Below are positions 56,083 through 64,000 of a stretch of 64,000 nt of DNA, piece by piece (position 1 is the first letter of the stretch; each line of letters opens with the position of its first letter). The notes beneath the pieces were generated by a model, which searched no databases, was not told where the DNA came from, and saw only the letters and a program-made list of their open reading frames with translations. Made by a program: the position numbers and the translations under genes. Source of the stretch: a virus (taxonomy: Duplodnaviria; Caudoviricetes); the IMG/VR virus record IMGVR_UViG_3300022695_000065, positions 5,937-69,936 of that record. One strand, written 5' to 3'.

Positions 56083-56318
56083 TTTATTAACATATCTTTT
56101 AACTTATTATCAGCTATTATAATAAGATAATTCTGTAAAACTTTTATAAGTTCTTCTATTTTATTTGTATCTAATAATACATTATCTCCTATAATATCAA
56201 GTTGTATAGCTGATACATTAATTTGTATTTCTAAAATATCATTATGATTTGCAGTACATTTTATAATATGAAAATCATCTGCAATATTTACTATTTTCTG
56301 ATGTTTAATTTTAGTCAT
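56079..56318 (-). CDS. Hypothetical protein
   Basis: ORF track; coupled overlap with the next gene. Confidence 0.5.
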   Translation of the reverse strand: MTKIKHQKIVNIADDFHIIKCTANHNDILEIQINVSAIQLDIIGDNVLLDTNKIEELIKVLQNYLIIIADNKLKDMLIK

Positions 56319-56346
56319 TTTGTAATTAAACCTTTTAATTTATTAT

Positions 56347-56532
56347 CTAGTAATTGTTTATCAATCCAGTTATTCCATTCATATTTTGGATCAGATAAGA
56401 ATATAAGATTACAACATGATTTGGAGCATGGCGTTGGTTAACGGTAGTTAGCCTAATTAACCAACCACCTATAACCTTAAGTCTTTCTGTATCAGTAGCT
56501 ATTTGTTCCCATTCTTCAGAATACTTCATCAT
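56347..56532 (-). CDS. Small hypothetical protein (WEQIATDTERLKVIGGWL)
   Basis: ORF; the TxRLKVxGGWL pattern is common in phage small proteins. Confidence 0.55.
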   Translation of the reverse strand: MMKYSEEWEQIATDTERLKVIGGWLIRLTTVNQRHAPNHVVILYSYLIQNMNGITGLINNY

Positions 56533-56541
56533 GGGTTATTA

Positions 56542-57438
56542 TTAAACTCCTGTTATTAAATGTTTTTCACTAAAATTAATTAGAGCCTTCTTGTAAGAAG
56601 TACTTTGAATATTTATATTATAGCCTTGGGAATATATTCTTCCTCGTTTATCATATTTATATGTAAGATGAAATTTATTACCTGATGATAAAATATCATA
56701 GTAAACTAGCTTTGATGCTTTAATAAACCTATCCCAATTAGATGCTTTTTCAGGTGTATCTAATGGTTTCTTTGGTTCTTCTATAAACTTTAAAGTTTCT
56801 ACATCTAAAGATAATTCTATGTCCTGAGATATACATAATACATCTAAAGCTTGATACATCTCATGATGATTATTTGAACCAAGTATAACAGACTCACTCT
56901 TGGTTAAATAACCACTAGATATATTACTAGTTACAGGTCTTGGCTTACATATCATTGGAGGTAAATATTTAGTATTTTCAATATACTGAAGAGTATGTTC
57001 TTCTAAACTATATTTAGATTTAATCATTATACTACCAGTATCACTATTTTTGGCAGATATAATATCAAACATATCTTCTTTACAAGCTACAGCTAATAAT
57101 TCACTAGCTGTTTTAATACCATCAAATACATTTTCATATTCAAATAATAAAGCTAATCTTGAAGCTACAGCTTGTATAGGTTGTACGCCATTATCAGGTG
57201 TTATTATTATAAACATTTCCATTACTATATCAGAAGATAATACAGGTCTTATTTTCTTAATTCTTTCTTGTTTACTTTCATAATATTCACCTTTTCTATA
57301 GTTCTTTATTGCAGTTATCACTCTTTGAGTAATAGCTTTTAAATTAGAATTATTAAGATCCTCTTCTATCTTATTTCTTATATTATGTTTGGAAAAAGTT
57401 TTTTCTATTTTATATTGTTTATTTATTTTGTCATTCAT
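56542..57438 (-). CDS. RNA polymerase II subunit 1 (N4 gp15-like)
   Basis: YLPPMICKP and YDKRGRIYSQGYNINIQSTSYKKA, i.e. the T7-like DxRGR motif at the split point. Confidence 0.92.
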   Translation of the reverse strand: MNDKINKQYKIEKTFSKHNIRNKIEEDLNNSNLKAITQRVITAIKNYRKGEYYESKQERIKKIRPVLSSDIVMEMFIIITPDNGVQPIQAVASRLALLFEYENVFDGIKTASELLAVACKEDMFDIISAKNSDTGSIMIKSKYSLEEHTLQYIENTKYLPPMICKPRPVTSNISSGYLTKSESVILGSNNHHEMYQALDVLCISQDIELSLDVETLKFIEEPKKPLDTPEKASNWDRFIKASKLVYYDILSSGNKFHLTYKYDKRGRIYSQGYNINIQSTSYKKALINFSEKHLITGV

Positions 57439-57513
57439 AATATATCTCCTTATTTTTTACTATTAAGTAAATCATAAATTAAATGCCGGAGGCATTTACT
57501 ATATTAAAAATAG

Positions 57514-57545
57514 TAATAGCAGAAGGTTTTACCCCTCTGCTATTA
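57514..57545 (-). terminator. Terminator-like hairpin downstream of 57554-57811
   Basis: TAATAGCAGA/TCTGCTATTA stem. Confidence 0.6.
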
Positions 57546-57553
57546 TATTTAGT

Positions 57554-57811
57554 TTAACCGAATTCAATATCTTTTTGTTCATCATCAGATACAACTGGTA
57601 CTACGGTTGCAACTAAATTAATTACAAAATCTTCACCTTTTCTTTCTCTGGCAACCAACATTTGATTGTCTTTGAAATTATCTGCAAACAGCCGTATAGT
57701 ACGGCCAAGTGAAGGGTTAGTGCCATCTTTAGTAACAATATTAATATTTAAATAACCATCAGGTTTACGGTTATCTTTATTATTATTATTAGTATTATTT
57801 GTATAAGCCAT
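57554..57811 (-). CDS. Early protein, possibly an N4 gp2-like transcription cofactor
   Basis: Directly downstream of a vRNAP promoter and upstream of RNAP1; RKPDGYLNI and an acidic-aromatic tail; the similarity is weak. Confidence 0.4.
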   Translation of the reverse strand: MAYTNNTNNNNKDNRKPDGYLNINIVTKDGTNPSLGRTIRLFADNFKDNQMLVARERKGEDFVINLVATVVPVVSDDEQKDIEFG

Positions 57812-57855
57812 AGTTTAAACTTTCTTTATTAACGTTAATAAATGGAAATTATTTT

Positions 57856-57876
57856 CCGTATATGTTCGGAGAACAT
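57856..57876 (-). promoter_or_regulatory. vRNAP hairpin promoter (template = + strand, leftward transcription)
   Basis: CC-GTAT-ATGTTC-GGA-GAACAT. Confidence 0.85.
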
Positions 57877-58116
57877 AAAAACGCTAAAAGGAAATAAAAC
57901 TATATAAATAAGAAGTATATAAACTAACCCCAGATATACTATTTTTGTGTAATCTTTCTTTGTGTAAATATATACCAACAGCTTACTGCTGTTGGTATAT
58001 TAATTTATAGTATTAGAGTGAATGCAATGAATATCCACAAGAAAACAGGTACTATAAAAAGTATTCCAAGTCTTATACATATTCTCATCCACATATGTTT
58101 ATCTTGATTAAGATAA

Positions 58117-58338
58117 TTAATGAAGGGTTTCATTATTATCCTCCATAAACATATCTTTATTATTATCTAAAGCTAATTTAATATCAGTACCAGTCATATC
58201 ACTAAGTAAACTCATTAGCTCTATTCTATTAATGAATTCTTCATTTTTTTCTTCAGCTCTAACTATTAATCCAGCACATTGATAAATAAAGAAAGCTAAT
58301 ACTTTTATTCGTTTTTTATAATATTCTTTATCAGTCAT
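58117..58338 (-). CDS. Hypothetical early protein
   Basis: ORF with an AGGAG RBS. Confidence 0.6.
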   Translation of the reverse strand: MTDKEYYKKRIKVLAFFIYQCAGLIVRAEEKNEEFINRIELMSLLSDMTGTDIKLALDNNKDMFMEDNNETLH

Positions 58339-58349
58339 AATATACTCCT

Positions 58350-58508
58350 TTAATAATAGTATTGTTCTTTAGGTTGTTGCCAATTATTAACCTTCCATTC
58401 ATTTGTACCTAACTCATCAGATACAAATGCATCGAAATCTTCTGAACCATTCTCTTTAAATTCTTCAAGTAGTTCATTATATTTCTCAATACTTACAGAC
58501 ACACCCAT
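58350..58508 (-). CDS. Small acidic early protein (52 aa), not in the ORF track
   Basis: Translated by hand; GGGAG RBS upstream. Confidence 0.5.
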   Translation of the reverse strand: MGVSVSIEKYNELLEEFKENGSEDFDAFVSDELGTNEWKVNNWQQPKEQYYY

Positions 58509-58568
58509 AATACACTCCCTGTAAGTATTAGAAGTAATACTCTATAAATGAGTATTTCTTTTCTTAAT

Positions 58569-58772
58569 TTAATTACTAGTGGTAACGACATTTTTATTCT
58601 CCTTTTCTTCTCTGATAAACTGTTTATAGATCACTACATCAAGATCTATTTCTGGTACTTCTAATTTATGGATATTTAATCCATATATATTAGAAATATA
58701 TTCAATCACTTGGTTCTTTTGACTAATATTAAACTCCCTATCGAGAGTAGCACTAATAGATTCTATAAACAT
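58569..58772 (-). CDS. Hypothetical early protein
   Basis: ORF with an AAGGAG RBS. Confidence 0.6.
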   Translation of the reverse strand: MFIESISATLDREFNISQKNQVIEYISNIYGLNIHKLEVPEIDLDVVIYKQFIREEKENKNVVTTSN

Positions 58773-58791
58773 TGTATTTCTCCTTCTTTAT

Positions 58792-59178
58792 TTAGGTTAC
58801 ATGTATTATCTTTACATTAGCTTTTCTAGCTAATCTAAGCATATGTTCAGTACCATTGTTACCACAGAAACCAATAACTAAATCAGGTTTATCTTCAAGT
58901 AACATTTTCTCATTTCTATCAAAACCTGCAATAGCATTATAAGGACCATAATTACCATATTTAATAATAGCTCCTGGTTTACTTATATTATTCCAATCAG
59001 GTTTATATATTTCAATAGGAATATTATGTTCTTCAGCATATCTTTCAGCTAATTTATCAGCTCCTTTACATCCTCCAGATATTATAGAGCTGATATTTAT
59101 TTTATCTAATGATTTAGCCAATAGTTCATAATCACTAAACCATCTCCCCCCACATATTAACACTTTAAGTTTATTCAT
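58792..59178 (-). CDS. SLOG-superfamily (DUF2493/YspA-like) protein
   Basis: VLICGGRWFSD..IISGGCKGADKLAERYA..NEKML..GTEHM. Confidence 0.8.
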   Translation of the reverse strand: MNKLKVLICGGRWFSDYELLAKSLDKINISSIISGGCKGADKLAERYAEEHNIPIEIYKPDWNNISKPGAIIKYGNYGPYNAIAGFDRNEKMLLEDKPDLVIGFCGNNGTEHMLRLARKANVKIIHVT

Positions 59179-59203
59179 AATTCTATCCTTTTATATGTAA
59201 TTC

Positions 59204-59224
59204 CCTCTTATGTTCGGAGAACAT
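59204..59224 (-). promoter_or_regulatory. vRNAP hairpin promoter
   Basis: CC-TCTT-ATGTTC-GGA-GAACAT. Confidence 0.85.
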
Positions 59225-59385
59225 CTTATTTATATACTTGATTGTGGTGCAAGCCGAGGCCTAAACAAGATCACAGAGAGCAGGAAGTAGTGTGAGTAGT
59301 ACCGTCATACCCAAGATGTGCTATCGTTGATCCTTGAAGAGATAATCATTAGAGGATTACGGAGTAATCCAATAAAAAATAAATA

Positions 59386-59409
59386 TGGATAAGGTTTTCA
59401 CCCTATCCA
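59386..59409 (-). terminator. Intrinsic terminator after 59416-59697
   Basis: TGGATA..TATCCA stem followed by a T-rich tract on the - strand. Confidence 0.6.
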
Positions 59410-59415
59410 CATATA

Positions 59416-59697
59416 CTATAACTTTAGAATAGCAATCCTATTGCCATTCTCATTACCCCATTTCATAATTCTATGGGATGTAAGGCTTATAATTAAGCCT
59501 TTTTCAGTTACAATATAGGATGAATCTTTATATGTAACTATTCTAGCAGGTTTAATATTCTCTAGTATTTTAATACTAGAGAATAATACTCTACGCTTGC
59601 AAGAAGGTTTTATGATACGTACATATGTACCATCATACTCTGTAACTATAAAGGTGTTACCTTTATAGGTTACATATGAACCAATTAAATTGTCCAT
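59416..59697 (-). CDS. Hypothetical early protein (two beta-rich repeats)
   Basis: YVTYKGNTFIVT / IVTYKDSSYIVT internal repeat; GAGGAG RBS. Confidence 0.65.
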   Translation of the reverse strand: MDNLIGSYVTYKGNTFIVTEYDGTYVRIIKPSCKRRVLFSSIKILENIKPARIVTYKDSSYIVTEKGLIISLTSHRIMKWGNENGNRIAILKL

Positions 59698-59740
59698 GGT
59701 ATAAACTCCTCAAATAATAGTTATACACAACGCATAACTT

Positions 59741-59761
59741 CCTGTTATGTACGGAGTACAT
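59741..59761 (-). promoter_or_regulatory. vRNAP hairpin promoter (covariant copy)
   Basis: CC-TGTT-ATGTAC-GGA-GTACAT. Confidence 0.85.
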
Positions 59762-59933
59762 TATTATTAATATTATTAATATTATTAATATTATTAGTAT
59801 AAATAACACTAAATTAGATACAGATAACTTCCTTAAGTGCTATCTTAGAAACCTTTGTGTAGGTTTGTGTAATCTTTTATGTGTAATTTTATACGGGAAC
59901 CAAGAGCATAGTGCTCCAGGTTCCCGTATATGT

Positions 59934-60161
59934 TTAGATGCGAGGCTTGAGGCCAAGCTGTTCAGCAAGTTCAGGATCAGATGCTAAGAGAGCATCATAG
60001 TCCTTTGCAAGCTCGAATTCCTGCTCCATAAGCATAGCTGATGAAGCACGTTCTGCCATCCTGGACAGGTTCTCTGCCACCTTGATACCGTTGGCTGACA
60101 CAGAATCAATCCCGTTTAGGACGTTTGCAATTAAGTTAGTTGCTGATGATAGTACTTTCAT
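59934..60161 (-). CDS. First early protein (start revised to MKVLSS at 60161)
   Basis: AAGGA RBS before 60161; the ORF-track start at 60209 lies at the promoter +1. Confidence 0.65.
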   Translation of the reverse strand: MKVLSSATNLIANVLNGIDSVSANGIKVAENLSRMAERASSAMLMEQEFELAKDYDALLASDPELAEQLGLKPRI

Positions 60162-60210
60162 TGTATTTTCCTTTGCAAAGAAATGGTTGATGTACACCAC
60201 GCACACCACT

Positions 60211-60231
60211 CCTGTTATGTTCGGAGAACAT
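60211..60231 (-). promoter_or_regulatory. vRNAP hairpin promoter (outermost)
   Basis: CC-TGTT-ATGTTC-GGA-GAACAT. Confidence 0.85.
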
Positions 60232-60928
60232 ATGTATAGAGGTGGGGTATATATATATATATTAGTGGGGGGTTTGTTCTCTTGTGTTACCTATTTCATA
60301 CAGAACTACCGTTATAAGCATTTATAATTTTTTCTGTAACCCTTTCATTAAAATATTATTATTATTATTAATATAATTTCGTAAGTATTTACAATTTTTA
60401 TAACCCTTTTTATAATAAAATATAATATTAAATAAATGCTAAACTATCTTACACATGTACTTGCTTGAATTTACCTCTTTATTCTTATTATTGGTTTATA
60501 TTATATATAATATTATTTCTTCCTCCACTCCGAGTGCAGCGGCTGACATGATTGAGTGAACCGCGAAGCGGTGCAGCGATTGAAATGTTGTTGCCGCAAA
60601 ACGCTTAAAACAAACTTTTTATTTAAATTATTTATATATATAGGGAGTATTATTTATTGGTTTATTATAATTATAATTAGAATGCCCCTTATAAATATAT
60701 AGCGCAGTTATATTTAATAAGGGGATTCCAATCTTCTTATTATGAAGCCGTGTATATTTATATACTAAATTAATTAATAAATCAATATACAGTGATTTAT
60801 TGTTAATTAGGTTGATTTAATTAGGAATATCTTTAGGGGGATTTAAGTAAAATTATGCGAAGCCTACTTAATCCCCTCGCCCCAACGGTAGAGGGGTATC
60901 TTCTTATATTTCTTATAGTCTTATATAG

Positions 60929-60993
60929 GTGCCCATATATGAACCCCATGTGAGTGCCCATATATGACTACTCTTAAGAGTGCCCATATATGA
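60929..60993 (+). repeat. Three direct repeats of GTGCCCATATATGA (period 25-26 nt)
   Basis: Copies at 60929, 60954 and 60980. Confidence 0.9.
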
Positions 60994-61029
60994 ACCATCA
61001 CTTTAATTTGAATAATTTACTTTATAAGT

Positions 61030-61058
61030 TTGACAATGAGTATATAATGATGTATAAA
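61030..61058 (+). promoter_or_regulatory. Sigma70-type promoter
   Basis: TTGACA-17 nt-TATAAA upstream of 61114. Confidence 0.75.
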
Positions 61059-61113
61059 GTCATTTATACAGAGTTTTCATACTCTTAGTGTTATTAAATA
61101 ATAAAGGTGAAAT

Positions 61114-61479
61114 ATGATAATTAGACACGCTCTGCCTACCCGTAAATTTACTAAAATAGACAGATTTGTATTTTCAAATAGAGCACTGAGTGATGGTGCT
61201 GTAAGATTATATGGATATTTATGTGGATTGAGAAATGGAGCTAACTTTAATGATGCTTATATTATAAAAGCATTAGATATGAGTAGAACTGTTTTAGGAC
61301 GTAGAAAAAAAGAATTAAAAGATAATGGATTGCTTCTGATAGAGCAATTAGGCCCAAGAGTTTATGTAGGATATATAGGTTATACTGAACAATCTGCCGA
61401 GGAAGTTAAAAATAGATGGGAAATGGAAGAAGATAAAATAAATAATGATATTATTAATAAATTTAATAAAGAAAGCTGA
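61114..61479 (+). CDS. Winged-helix/HTH protein resembling the N-terminus of phage replication initiators
   Basis: FTKIDRFVFSNRALSDGAVRLYGYL..SRTVLGRRKKELKDNGLL. Confidence 0.65.
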   Translation: MIIRHALPTRKFTKIDRFVFSNRALSDGAVRLYGYLCGLRNGANFNDAYIIKALDMSRTVLGRRKKELKDNGLLLIEQLGPRVYVGYIGYTEQSAEEVKNRWEMEEDKINNDIINKFNKES

Positions 61480-61484
61480 TTAAT

Positions 61485-61841
61485 ATGAGTTATGATGAAG
61501 TTATGGAAACTAGAGAAAAAATTAAACAAATTAAACCAATATTCTTAGATGGTTTTTATAAAACTTTTACCAAGGTAAGAATAGCACCTATGAATAATAG
61601 TACATATTGTGCATATAGAGGTTGGGTAATTCCCAGTTATGAAGATAATTCCGACGAAGGTTATTTAATAGAATATAGTTCAAAATCTAAATCTAATCAC
61701 AGAAACCATAAAGGAAGAATATCATGGATTAATAAAACAACGTTTATGAATGATTATATTGATGTTAAAGCTATAGAAGACATAGAATTACAAAATTCTC
61801 AAGATGTATCTTTAGCGCATCAAATAATTGATAATGTTTAA
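61485..61841 (+). CDS. Conserved phage hypothetical protein (DEGYLIEY..NH..ISW)
   Basis: Motif recognition. Confidence 0.65.
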   Translation: MSYDEVMETREKIKQIKPIFLDGFYKTFTKVRIAPMNNSTYCAYRGWVIPSYEDNSDEGYLIEYSSKSKSNHRNHKGRISWINKTTFMNDYIDVKAIEDIELQNSQDVSLAHQIIDNV

Positions 61842-61864
61842 ATTTAAATAGAAAGATTAAGACA

Positions 61865-62206
61865 ATGACTAAACCAAAAGGTAAAATTAATGTTGATATT
61901 ACTACTAAAGCCCTTAAAAATACAGATACAGATGGAACTTCAAAGAATGTTAGTAATCTTGTTAGATATGGTAATGCAGATAGTTTTAAGTTACTTTGTA
62001 AAGCTAGTAGTGAAGAAGAAGGTTGGATGAAATCAACTAAGGTATTAGCTATACCTGGTGTTGGTTGTATTGTACAAGTAACTACTCAACAACGTAATCC
62101 TGATGGTTCCTATGTTGTAGCTGAAGCTTTAACATTTGTACCAGGGGTTAAAGTAATATCCCATGCACAAAATGACGATGATATACATATTCTTGTAAAA
62201 GAATAA
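61865..62206 (+). CDS. Conserved phage hypothetical protein (WMKSTK..GCIVQVTTQQ..AEALTFVPG)
   Basis: Motif recognition. Confidence 0.7.
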   Translation: MTKPKGKINVDITTKALKNTDTDGTSKNVSNLVRYGNADSFKLLCKASSEEEGWMKSTKVLAIPGVGCIVQVTTQQRNPDGSYVVAEALTFVPGVKVISHAQNDDDIHILVKE

Positions 62207-62333
62207 TTATACAAAATTTAAATTACTTCTATACTAAATTAATAATATAGAGGTAATTTTTTATTTAAATAAATGACATTACTAAATTAATCATATAAGA
62301 TAATAATATATTTTAAATATAAGGGTCTTTTCA

Positions 62334-62564
62334 ATGGTTCAAACTCATTATCAAGTAACTTCTATGTCAAGTATTCTAGATTGGATTGAAAGGCATACTG
62401 CAAGATTACCTGAATTGAAACAAACTATAAAAGATTTTGATGTAAATAAAGATAAAGAAATTATTAATTCCTTTCAGAAAGAAATTAATGAAAGAGTGGA
62501 GCATCTTATAGAGTTAAAAATAATTCTGGAAGAATCTCTTAATAAAATAAATTCTATTCTTTAA
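62334..62564 (+). CDS. Hypothetical coiled-coil protein
   Basis: ORF track. Confidence 0.5.
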   Translation: MVQTHYQVTSMSSILDWIERHTARLPELKQTIKDFDVNKDKEIINSFQKEINERVEHLIELKIILEESLNKINSIL

Positions 62565-62593
62565 ATTAAAATTTTTTATAAAGGATTAACTCA

Positions 62594-63064
62594 ATGACTG
62601 CTGTAACATTTAACTTATATGATACATTTAGAAAAAATTTAAATAATGCAGGAATAACTTCTGCACTTAATATTAATGGTTTAGCTACTTTAAAAATAGC
62701 TATTGTTAGTACAAGTTATGTTCTTGTTCAAAATACTCATGAGTTTGCAACTAGTCTTGTATTAGCTTCTAATGAAGTAACAGGAACAAATTACACTGCT
62801 AGAGGTAATTCTTGTTTAAATGGTTCAGTTACTATGAATACTGCTGGTTTAGTTACAGTAAATTGTAATGACCCTGCTGTATGGGCACAGAGTGCTACTG
62901 GTTTTAGTAATGGTTCAAGAGCTATTTTATATAATGATACTGGAGTAGATACTACTAGTAGATTAATTGGGTATTCCGCACCATTCGCGACTGTACAAGG
63001 GAACGTACTTGGGGCATTCTCAGTTACTATAGGTACTGCTGGTATTTACACTATGGCTAGATAA
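62594..63064 (+). CDS. Virion tail-associated structural protein
   Basis: LKIAIV..EVTGTNYTARG..AILYNDT pattern typical of minor tail proteins. Confidence 0.6.
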   Translation: MTAVTFNLYDTFRKNLNNAGITSALNINGLATLKIAIVSTSYVLVQNTHEFATSLVLASNEVTGTNYTARGNSCLNGSVTMNTAGLVTVNCNDPAVWAQSATGFSNGSRAILYNDTGVDTTSRLIGYSAPFATVQGNVLGAFSVTIGTAGIYTMAR

Positions 63065-63074
63065 TAAGAATTAT

Positions 63075-63350
63075 ATGATGACTAAATATAATCCATATAA
63101 AGATGGTGGTATGCACGGTAGTATAACAATTAGAATATTACGTGCATTGGATCAATTATTAAATACTATTCTATTAGGAAATACTGATCAAACATTATCA
63201 GCTAGAAGTTATGAAGGTAGAATAACAGGGATAAAATGGTGTAAATATTCAGAAAAAATATTAAATATTATATTTTTCTGGGAACCACATCATTGTGAAG
63301 TGAGTTTTTTTACTGATCCAACTGAATTGACTTATACGAAAAAGGATTAA
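63075..63350 (+). CDS. Conserved small phage protein (DQLLNT..DQTLSAR..FFW..HC)
   Basis: Motif recognition; this type is usually near tail genes. Confidence 0.65.
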   Translation: MMTKYNPYKDGGMHGSITIRILRALDQLLNTILLGNTDQTLSARSYEGRITGIKWCKYSEKILNIIFFWEPHHCEVSFFTDPTELTYTKKD

Positions 63351-63353
63351 TAG

Positions 63354-63725
63354 ATGCCTATTTTAACTGCAAATGACCCACAAAAATACGCTAAACAGAA
63401 ACAGGTTGAAATTGATCAACTTGCTGTTCGTGCTGTTAATGTAATGGATAATCTAGTCGGACAGCTTGAGCAATTTACCGGCTATGCGTTTTCTGAATTT
63501 GCTAGTCCTAACGGACTCGTTGATCAGGGTGACTTGACAACTTTGACTGCTATTTTTGAAACCAAACGAAGTAAAGTTCAGATACTGATGGACCGGCTGA
63601 ATGCAATTTCTGCTATAGCCGGACCTAATGTATTACCAGCTAATATTCCTTCAAATGCTCAAGCTTTCATCACGGCAATCAGTTATAACCACATTACCTA
63701 TTCCGCCCAGTTTAATAAACCATAA
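63354..63725 (+). CDS. Hypothetical protein
   Basis: ORF track; GC higher than the flank. Confidence 0.55.
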   Translation: MPILTANDPQKYAKQKQVEIDQLAVRAVNVMDNLVGQLEQFTGYAFSEFASPNGLVDQGDLTTLTAIFETKRSKVQILMDRLNAISAIAGPNVLPANIPSNAQAFITAISYNHITYSAQFNKP

Positions 63726-63739
63726 GAGAGTGACTCCTT

Positions 63740-64000
63740 ATGCCTGTTGTTAGCGGCGCAGTTGTTGTCACAAGATACCTTGACGGGGCGAGTGCCGGAG
63801 GAAATGGCACGACTAATGCCTTGTCAGGAGCTAATGCCGCCTATAATTCATTCACCTCATGGCAGACGGCGGAAGTCACTGATCTTGTAACTGCCGGAGT
63901 CAATGTTCATCAGTTAATCTGTTCCGGAACCGGTGTCACAGAAGCCTTCACTCTTACTGGCTGGACAACGGATATTGATCACTTTGTTCAGGTGACAGTG
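63740..64000 (+). CDS. Tail fibre/spike-like protein, 3'-truncated by the window end
   Basis: Open frame MPVVSGAVVVTRYLDGASAGGNGTT..AYNSFTSWQTAE..TGWTTD to the window end. Confidence 0.6.
   Translation, partial: MPVVSGAVVVTRYLDGASAGGNGTTNALSGANAAYNSFTSWQTAEVTDLVTAGVNVHQLICSGTGVTEAFTLTGWTTDIDHFVQVTV

Noticed and set aside
59934-60209. ORF-track start at 60209
   Set aside because: It coincides with the promoter +1 site and has no RBS; ATG 60161 has an AAGGA RBS.
60929-60993. Mini CRISPR array
   Set aside because: Repeats are 14 bp with 11-12-nt gaps, too short for CRISPR, and no cas genes are present.

Overview
An AT-rich lytic dsDNA phage of the N4-like type (Schitoviridae), probably infecting a Gram-negative host because a two-component spanin pair is present. 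From left to right on the + strand: a 5'-truncated mosaic tail fibre and its chaperone, a lysis cassette, portal, scaffold-like protein, major capsid protein (with a ~115-aa insertion), head and ejection proteins, and a 3842-aa virion RNA polymerase. The - strand block runs from the early region at ~60.2 kb leftward to ~31.7 kb. It carries hairpin vRNAP promoters, the two-subunit RNAP II, dCMP deaminase, two tRNAs, a MoxR-type AAA/VWA-peptidase pair, a Dda-like helicase, DNA polymerase, exonuclease, primase, an AAA ATPase, SSB and a RuvC-like nuclease. Two selfish elements interrupt polymerase genes. (1) The DNA polymerase gene is fractured into two same-frame ORFs, each carrying half of a split intein, bridged by an HNH endonuclease in another frame that overlaps both halves. 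(2) The RNAP II subunit 2 gene is interrupted at its catalytic motif C by a group I intron encoding an HNH-AP2 endonuclease. Other points of note: a covarying family of C-GGA-G hairpin promoters, Phe in place of the motif-B Tyr of the vRNAP, an aberrant CCA-ending tRNA-like element, and iteron-like repeats next to a winged-helix gene near the likely genome end. No terminase gene lies in the window. All family assignments come from motif recognition and gene order, not database searches.
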